Shown one piece after another: positions 58,422 to 64,000 of a DNA stretch of 64,000 nucleotides. The stretch spans positions 629,014 through 693,013 of the forward strand of contig CAVVCY010000003.1 in the NCBI GenBank assembly GCA_963746905.1, read 5' to 3'. The position numbers and the translations under genes are program-made. Within the stretch, counting starts at the first letter, position 1. Each line of letters begins with the position of its first letter. The DNA comes from an uncultured Acidobacteriota bacterium. Lineage in GTDB: Bacteria; Actinomycetota; Acidimicrobiia; Spongiisociales; ZC4RG35. The notes under the pieces are model-generated. The model saw only the letters and a list, made by a program, of their open reading frames with translations. It was not told the DNA's origin and searched no databases.

Positions 58422-60494
58422 GTGGTATTCATCAGCACCGAAGTGGAGCATTTCGACCCCGAACATTTCTTGAACCGGGAGCTCTCCTGGCTCGAGTTCA
58501 GTCGACGTGTCCTGTCGCTTGCCCAGCGAAACGACTTCCCGCTTCTCGAACGCGCCAAGTTTCTCGCCATCTGGGCCAACAACCTGGATGAGTTCTTCCA
58601 GGTGCGGGTGGCCGGCCTCAAGGAACAGGTCTTCCACGGCGTCGGCTCCACTCCTCCTGATGGGATGACACCCAGCCAGCAGTTGGCGGCGATCAGAAGT
58701 GTGGCTGAGGTCCAGTACGAGACCATCTCCAAGGAGTTCCTCTCCGAGTTGGCCCCGGCGCTCGGGACCGAGGGAATCGTCTTCAGTGACTATCCGACCC
58801 TCGATGATGAGGATCAAGCATTCCTCGACGCCCAGTTCCGGGAGCTGGTCTTTCCGGTGGTCACCCCGCTGGCGGTGGACCCGTCGCACCCGTTCCCCTA
58901 TATCTCCAATCTCTCCCTCAATATGGCGGTGTTCGTCCGCAATCCGGACACTGGCTTGGCGAGGTTCGCGAGAGTCAAGGTGCCGCCGATTCTCCCCCGA
59001 TTCGTCGTCTTGCCCGACGGGGAGCGATATGTCCCCCTCGAGCAGGTGATTGCTGCTCATCTCGGGGCACTGTTCCCGGGAATGGAGGTGTTGGGCCACC
59101 ACGTGTTCCGGGTGACCAGAAATGCCGACATCGATGTGGAAGAGGATGAGGGGGGCGACCTCCTGATGGCAATCGAGTCCGAGCTCACCCAGCGACGATT
59201 TGGTCGCGTCGTCCGGCTCGAGATCCATCCTGACATGCCCGCCGAGGTCCTCGATCTTCTGATGCGGGAGATGGGTGCCACCGAGGATGACGTCTATCGG
59301 GTGGCCGGCCCCCTGGATCTGTCGGGGCTCTGGGGCCTCTACGACCTCGATCGCCCTGATCTGAAATTCGAGGCTTTCGCCGGGGTCACTCCGCCCCGCC
59401 TGGCCGCGCCTGGGGTAGACACACCCGACATTTTCGAGGTGATCCGGCAAGGGGATCTCATCGTTCACCATCCATACGACTCGTTCACCCCGACGGTCGA
59501 GGCGTTCATCGATCGCGCCGCACGCGACCCCAGGGTCCTGGCGATCAAGATGACCCTGTATCGGAACTCGAGCAGCAGCCCGGTCATGGGCTCTCTGATC
59601 AAGGCGGCGGAGGCCGGTAAGCAGGTGGTGGCACTCGTCGAGCTCAAGGCCCGCTTTGATGAGGAGCGCAACATCGAGTGGGCCCAGCGGCTGGAAGACT
59701 CCGGCGTCCACGTCATGTATGGCGTGGTCGGCCTCAAGACCCACACCAAGCTGACGCTGGTGGTGAGACGGGAAGGCGATGGGGTGGCCCGCTACGCCCA
59801 CATCGGCACCGGGAACTACAACGAGAAGACGGCGCGCACCTACGAGGACGTGGCCCTTCTGACGGCTGATCCCGACATCGGCTCGGATCTCTCGGACGTC
59901 TTCAACTATCTGACCGGCTATTCGCGTCAGACCAGCTACCGCAAGTTGGCGGTCTCGCCGAACGGGATCCGAAGTCGTATCTCCGAACTGATCGAGGATG
60001 AGGCTTCCCGTCCCGATGGGCACATCACGTTGAAGATGAACTCCTTGGTCGATGCCCGCATCATCGAGTCGCTGTATGAGGCTTCGAACGCCGGCACCCG
60101 GGTCGACCTCATCATTCGAGGGATCTCCTGTCTGCGCCCGGGCGTGCCCGGTCTCTCCGAGAACATCACCGTGCGTTCGTTGGTCGGCCGCTATTTGGAG
60201 CACTCGAGGGTCTACCGCTTCGGAGCCAGGGGACGGCCCCGCCACTACTACATGGGCTCGGCGGACTTGATGCCCCGCAACCTCGATCGCAGGGTCGAGG
60301 CGCTGGCCCCGATCACCGATCCGGATCTCCAGTTCCGGATCGACGAGATATTCGATGTGCTGATGGCCGATGACCTTCTGGCCTGGGAGCTGAGGCCGGA
60401 CGGGACCTGGTCCCGGGTCCCCGTGGTGTCAGGGATCGACGCCCATCTCGTGCTGCAAGAGCTGGCACGGGTGCGCGCCTCGGCCCATCTGTAG
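58422..60494 (+). CDS. ppk: Polyphosphate kinase 1
   Basis: 690 aa with FLNRELSWLEFSRRVL, HHPYDSF, KMTLYR, GLKTHTKLTLVVRRE (phospho-His region) and GSADLMPRNLDRRVE. Confidence 0.95.
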   Translation: MVFISTEVEHFDPEHFLNRELSWLEFSRRVLSLAQRNDFPLLERAKFLAIWANNLDEFFQVRVAGLKEQVFHGVGSTPPDGMTPSQQLAAIRSVAEVQYETISKEFLSELAPALGTEGIVFSDYPTLDDEDQAFLDAQFRELVFPVVTPLAVDPSHPFPYISNLSLNMAVFVRNPDTGLARFARVKVPPILPRFVVLPDGERYVPLEQVIAAHLGALFPGMEVLGHHVFRVTRNADIDVEEDEGGDLLMAIESELTQRRFGRVVRLEIHPDMPAEVLDLLMREMGATEDDVYRVAGPLDLSGLWGLYDLDRPDLKFEAFAGVTPPRLAAPGVDTPDIFEVIRQGDLIVHHPYDSFTPTVEAFIDRAARDPRVLAIKMTLYRNSSSSPVMGSLIKAAEAGKQVVALVELKARFDEERNIEWAQRLEDSGVHVMYGVVGLKTHTKLTLVVRREGDGVARYAHIGTGNYNEKTARTYEDVALLTADPDIGSDLSDVFNYLTGYSRQTSYRKLAVSPNGIRSRISELIEDEASRPDGHITLKMNSLVDARIIESLYEASNAGTRVDLIIRGISCLRPGVPGLSENITVRSLVGRYLEHSRVYRFGARGRPRHYYMGSADLMPRNLDRRVEALAPITDPDLQFRIDEIFDVLMADDLLAWELRPDGTWSRVPVVSGIDAHLVLQELARVRASAHL

Positions 60495-60518
60495 ACCGAT
60501 CGGCCACGCGAAGGAGTT

Positions 60519-60574
60519 GCCCCCCTCGGCCCTTCGGGCCACTCCCCCCAACGTCGCTTCGCTCCTGGGGGGAG
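60519..60574 (+). repeat. Composite C6/G6 palindromic element (copy 3, variant 3' module), 25 nt after the ppk stop
   Basis: GCCCCCCTCG / GGCCC-TTC-GGGCC / ACTCCCCCCA-N16-TGGGGGGAG. Same 10-nt box and same three-part layout as copies 1 and 2. Confidence 0.65.
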
Positions 60575-60600
60575 AAAAGGTCGCCACGGACGGCCCAAAC

Positions 60601-60656
60601 GTTCATCTCCCGTTCATGCCTCCGTGGGGGCCCGTTAAGGCCGGTTTCCTTAGGTT
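60601..60656 (+). promoter_or_regulatory. Putative PHO-box array (11-nt phased GTTCAT direct repeats) and -10-like TAGGTT upstream of pstS
   Basis: GTTCATctccc (60601), GTTCATgcctc (60612) and a weaker unit GTTAAGgccgg (60634) sit on the same 11-nt phase. TAGGTT lies at 60651. This resembles the actinobacterial PhoP consensus GTTCACC. Confidence 0.5.
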
Positions 60657-60726
60657 TTTCTCGACCGTGGGGGTCTGACTGCCCATGGTTTTGGAAGTAC
60701 CGGTTCCCAACAAGGAGTACCAACGG

Positions 60727-61812
60727 ATGAAGATCCGAATCAAGAGCCTGGTCGGCCTGCTGGCCGTCGTAACCCGTATCCTCGCCGCCTGTGGCGGTGA
60801 TTCCGAGGACACCACGACCACCGCAGCAGCGGCCGAGCCAACGACTACTGCGGTCTCGGCAGGGCCTACCACGACAGCGGAGGCCGGCGGGAGCGATCTG
60901 TCGGGGAGCATCGTGATTTCAGGCTCCTCGACGGTGGAGCCGATTTCGGCGCGAGTCGGCGAGGCATTCGACGCTGTCAATCCTGGGGTCGCCACCTCAG
61001 TGGAGGGTCCGGGCACCGGTGACGGCTTTGCCCGGTTCTGCAACAACGAGACCGACATCTCGGACGCATCTCGGCCGATCAAGGACGAGGAAGTCGCTCT
61101 CTGCGAGGCGGGCGGGATCGATTACGTCGAACTGCACGTGGCCACCGACGGGACTCACCGTGATGACCAACCCATCGAATGAGGCCGTGACCTGTCTGGC
61201 CTTGAGTCCGATATCTACGCACTGGTGGGGCCGGAGTCGGAGGGGTTCGCCAACTGGTCGGACGCCAACGATCTCGCCGCCGAGTTGAGCGCACCCAACG
61301 CCCCTTACCCCGATGAGCCACTGGTGATCTACGGTCCCGGCGAGGAGTCGGGTACCTACGACACCTTCGTCGAGTTTGCGATCACCGACCTCGCCGAGGA
61401 GCGGGTAGGCGAAGACAACGTCTTCACCCGGGCGGATTACAACGCATCGGCAAATGACAACGCAATCGTCCAGGGGATCGTCGACAACCCCAGTTCGCTG
61501 GGATGGGTCGGGTTTGCCTTCTTCGAGGAAAACCAGGATGCGCTCAAGGCGATCGAGATCGATGAGCGGGTGAGTCGGTACCTGCGTGGCACCGACGCCG
61601 AGACGATCGCTGCGTTCGAATACCCGATGTCACGTCCACTGTTCATCTACGTCAAGACCAACGACCTGGCCGACCGTCCCGAATTGAACGCATTTGTCGA
61701 CTACTACCTGTCAGACGAAGGTCTGGCGTGGGTCAGTGACGCTGGGTATGTCCAACTGCCGGCGGAAGACATCGAAGCCACCCGGACCGCCTGGACCGGC
61801 GCTGCAGGTTGA
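60727..61812 (+). pseudogene. pstS: Phosphate ABC transporter substrate-binding lipoprotein PstS, with two nearby compensating frame changes (about 61153 and about 61195-61210)
   Basis: ATG 60727 follows AAGGAG. Lipobox ILAACGG, then GSSTVEPI and GPGTGDGF. The frame runs ..YVELHVATDG | LTVMTNPSNEAVTCL (frame of ORF 61019) | DIYALVGPESEGFANWSD.. (ORF 61225..61812). Confidence 0.8.
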
Positions 61813-61825
61813 GGTTATGAGAGAC

Positions 61826-61853
61826 GAGGGGCCGGACAAGGTTCTGGCCCCTC
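61826..61853 (+). terminator. Hairpin between pstS and pstC (partial terminator / mRNA-stabilising stem)
   Basis: GAGGGGCC-N12-GGCCCCTC, located 14 nt after the pstS stop and 25 nt before the pstC ATG. Confidence 0.45.
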
Positions 61854-61877
61854 CCTCTATTCTCTAACCGGGTCAAC

Positions 61878-62807
61878 ATGGCAATCGTTCAAAGCACGGG
61901 GGATCCGCTCGTCGACCTGACCGGAAGCGTCAGTCGCCGGCGGCGTGAGCGCTGGGTCAAGGCGCTTTTCTTCTTGGCGGCCACCTTCTCGATCCTCACC
62001 TCGTTGGCCATCGTCGTGGCCCTCGCCGGAAAGGCATGGGGCTTTCTCACCTCAATCGATTTCGATCAACTGTTTGGGGACGGTTGGTTCCCCCGTCGTG
62101 GCCGATTCCAGGTGTCAGCGCTCCTGGCCCACACCCTGATCGTGACCGGGATCGCGATGCTGGTCGCGGTTCCCTTCGGCCTCGGATCCGCGGTCTACCT
62201 GTCCGAATACGCCCGATCAGGTGTGCGTCGGGTTCTCAAGCCGACCCTGGAGATCCTGGCGGGGATCCCCTCGGTGGTCCTCGGATTTTTCGCTCTTCAA
62301 TTCATAAGCCCCAACATCGTTCGGGGATTGTTCCCCGGCGCCCAGAGCGCCAATTTCCTGGCCGCGGGAATCGCGGTTGGGATCCTCACCGTCCCCCTGG
62401 TTGCCTCCGTTTCGGAGGATGCAATGCGCGCCGTGCCCCTGTCGCTGCGCGAAGCCTCATACGGTCTCGGGGCCAAGGAGTGGCACACGGCACTCCGCAT
62501 CGTGTTCCCAGCCGCCATCTCGGGGATCATCGCCGCCATCATCCTCGGGATCTCGCGTGCCGTTGGTGAAACCATGGTTGTGGCCCTGGCCGCCGGTCTC
62601 AATGGCGTTTTGACGCTCAACCCGACAGAGGGAGGGCTGACCATGACCGGTGCCATGGCCAATCTGGCGGTCGGATCTGATCAGGTGGCCGGCGACGCGG
62701 CCGCCTTCCAGTCGTTGTTCTTCGTCGGCCTGGTTTTGTTCCTGTTGACCCTCGGGCTCAATGTCATGAGCGGGCGACTGGTCCGTCGCTACCGGCAGAG
62801 GTACTGA
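61878..62807 (+). CDS. pstC: Phosphate ABC transporter permease PstC
   Basis: 309 aa with 6 TM helices and the EAA-type loop LREASYGLGAKEWHTALRIVFPAA. Confidence 0.9.
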   Translation: MAIVQSTGDPLVDLTGSVSRRRRERWVKALFFLAATFSILTSLAIVVALAGKAWGFLTSIDFDQLFGDGWFPRRGRFQVSALLAHTLIVTGIAMLVAVPFGLGSAVYLSEYARSGVRRVLKPTLEILAGIPSVVLGFFALQFISPNIVRGLFPGAQSANFLAAGIAVGILTVPLVASVSEDAMRAVPLSLREASYGLGAKEWHTALRIVFPAAISGIIAAIILGISRAVGETMVVALAAGLNGVLTLNPTEGGLTMTGAMANLAVGSDQVAGDAAAFQSLFFVGLVLFLLTLGLNVMSGRLVRRYRQRY

Positions 62808-62808
62808 G

Positions 62809-63774
62809 ATGGTTGCCGACGCACGGGCTCTGACCACGACCGAGTTGGTTCGCCAATCGGTCGAGGGACGAAAGTTCAGCCCGGTGAATGCCCTGATCAG
62901 GTTCACCCTGTTGTTCACGTTGCTTTCCTCGGTGGTGATTCTCGTCACCCTTCTGGTCGACACGATCTCGACTGCGATGCCTGTCTTTCAGGCCCGAGGG
63001 CTCTCGTTCGTGACCTCCTCCCTGTCGCCTACCCCTGAGGCGTCGGGAATCTGGCAGGGGATCATGGGGTCGCTGGCCCTGGTCGGATTCGTGATCGCCA
63101 TCGCCTTCCCGGTGGGGGTGGCAGCCGCGGTTTACCTCGAGGAATACGCTCCGGACAATCGAGTGACCAGATTCATCGGCAATAACATCCGAAATCTGGC
63201 CGGGGTACCCTCGATCGTCTACGGGATTCTCGGTCTCTTCCTCTTTGTCGACATCGTGATGGGTGGCGTCTTTGGCGCCGAGGGTGGGATCGGGGGCCGC
63301 AACGTCATCGCCGGGGGTTTGACTCTGGCAGTCCTTGTGCTTCCGATCATGATCATCACTGCCTCAGAAGCACTGCGCGCCGTTCCCTCAGGGTTGCGTG
63401 AGGCTTCCCTCGCGGTTGGCGCCACGCGATGGGAGACCATCAGGCACCACGTGCTCCCGGTCGCATTTCCGGCCATCCTCACCGGCTCGGTGCTCACCAT
63501 CGCCCGGGCGTTCGGGGAATCGGCCGCTCTCTTGCTGGCCGGGGCTCAGCTTTCGCTCTACTTCAGCGTTGGCAATGGTGCTTCATTCATCGATCTGGTG
63601 ACCAACCAGCCATACACCGCGCTGCCAATCATCATTTTCAACTTCGCGCGACAGCCGCAGGAGGCGTTTGTCGCCTTGACCGCAGCCGCCATTGTCGTGC
63701 TTCTTGTAATGCTCCTCACCGTCAACGCGGTAGCTGTCATCACCCGTGACCGCTTCGAGCGGAGATACCGATGA
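62809..63774 (+). CDS. pstA: Phosphate ABC transporter permease PstA
   Basis: 321 aa with the EAA-type loop LREASLAVGATRWETIRHHVLPVA. Follows pstC by 1 nt. Confidence 0.9.
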   Translation: MVADARALTTTELVRQSVEGRKFSPVNALIRFTLLFTLLSSVVILVTLLVDTISTAMPVFQARGLSFVTSSLSPTPEASGIWQGIMGSLALVGFVIAIAFPVGVAAAVYLEEYAPDNRVTRFIGNNIRNLAGVPSIVYGILGLFLFVDIVMGGVFGAEGGIGGRNVIAGGLTLAVLVLPIMIITASEALRAVPSGLREASLAVGATRWETIRHHVLPVAFPAILTGSVLTIARAFGESAALLLAGAQLSLYFSVGNGASFIDLVTNQPYTALPIIIFNFARQPQEAFVALTAAAIVVLLVMLLTVNAVAVITRDRFERRYR

Positions 63775-64000
63775 ACCACCAGGAGGGTGACGACTTGACC
63801 ACCAATACCGAAACCGCCAGCCTCGAATCGGCCGAGACCGCCCTCGCCGAGCATGCAGCGGTTGCCAAAGCAGCCGAGTCCGCGGCGGTCCCCCGCGAAC
63901 AACGCCCTCTGATCTTCGATGTCGAAGGGCTGACCGTGTACTACGGCTCTTTCCGAGCAGTGCGTAACGTTGACATGGACATCCGCCAGAACCAGATCAC
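63771..64000 (+). CDS. pstB: Phosphate ABC transporter ATP-binding protein PstB (N-terminal fragment; continues beyond the window)
   Basis: My translation from ATG 63771 (ATGA overlap with the pstA stop) gives MNHQEGDD..LIFDVEGLTVYYGSFRAVRNVDMDIRQNQIT, the typical PstB N-terminal strand just before Walker A. Not in the ORF track because it is open at the window edge. Confidence 0.8.
   Translation, partial: MNHQEGDDLTTNTETASLESAETALAEHAAVAKAAESAAVPREQRPLIFDVEGLTVYYGSFRAVRNVDMDIRQNQI

Noticed and set aside
58401-60245. 614-aa ORF antisense to ppk1. Similar long antisense or shadow ORFs include 53854..54978 opposite glnA, 43440..44531, 40752..41792, 10529..11449, 18928..19905, 12521..13414 and 20421..21302.
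   Set aside because: Their translations are Arg/Pro/Gly/His-rich low-complexity sequence with no motifs. The opposite strand encodes clearly recognisable proteins. This is the typical stop-codon-poor shadow frame of GC-rich DNA.
5764-61210. Frame changes considered as programmed ribosomal frameshifting or recoding.
   Set aside because: I saw no slippery heptamers or downstream pseudoknot-like structures at the sites. There are 17 events in unrelated genes, mostly at doubled bases, which fits indels (errors or mutations) rather than recoding. I also saw no A-AAA-AAG type slippery site in dnaX.
1-64000. Search for CRISPR arrays, IS elements or transposases, integrases, rRNA genes, toxin-antitoxin pairs or known defence-system genes.
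   Set aside because: I found no regularly spaced repeats, no terminal inverted repeats flanking an ORF, and no transposase, integrase, nuclease or reverse-transcriptase motifs in any frame.

Overview
GC-rich, gene-dense chromosomal window that looks actinobacterial: two WhiB genes, a GlnR-like orphan regulator next to glnA, an MMPL transporter and a SARP/AfsR-type regulator. I can support about 70 genes.

Housekeeping blocks:
- fabH
- dnaX-ybaB-recR, overlapping into a DUF4129/MoxR/DUF58 cluster
- glpX, thiolase, methylmalonyl-CoA epimerase, murJ
- ask-asd, tRNA-Pro(CGG)
- mrp/erpA (Fe-S)
- an ALDH7-like dehydrogenase
- a Cys/Met PLP enzyme, glnA plus the GlnR-like regulator
- ppk1 followed by pstSCAB (pstB runs off the right edge)
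- two ABC-2 exporter pairs

A signalling island lies at about 2.1-12.2 kb. It holds a LuxR-type two-component pair, two paralogous sensor-like membrane proteins flanking a SARP/NB-ARC/TPR regulator, and a GAF-PP2C-RsbW-like fusion with two STAS proteins.

I saw no transposase, integrase, CRISPR array, rRNA or recognisable phage-defence gene. I did not find a clear novel multi-gene system.

The most unusual signals:
1. A composite C6/G6 palindromic element is present in three intergenic copies (1.97 kb, 38.44 kb, 60.52 kb). It has a conserved GCCCCCCTCG box, a variable hairpin and a C6..G5-6 hairpin.
2. There are 17 reading-frame interruptions in 8 otherwise recognisable genes. Five are in the SARP regulator and five in an NfeD protease gene. 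Almost all behave as single-base insertions, so the cause is either local assembly error or real gene decay.
3. The partner-switching cassette has no sigma factor nearby and follows a stand-alone sensor-like membrane gene.
4. A membrane-protein reading frame continues in frame from the SARP stop codon for 45 codons with no canonical start.
5. An 11-nt phased GTTCAT repeat (PHO-box-like) sits between ppk1 and pstS.

Everything comes from reading the sequence and the ORF track by eye. No database search was run.
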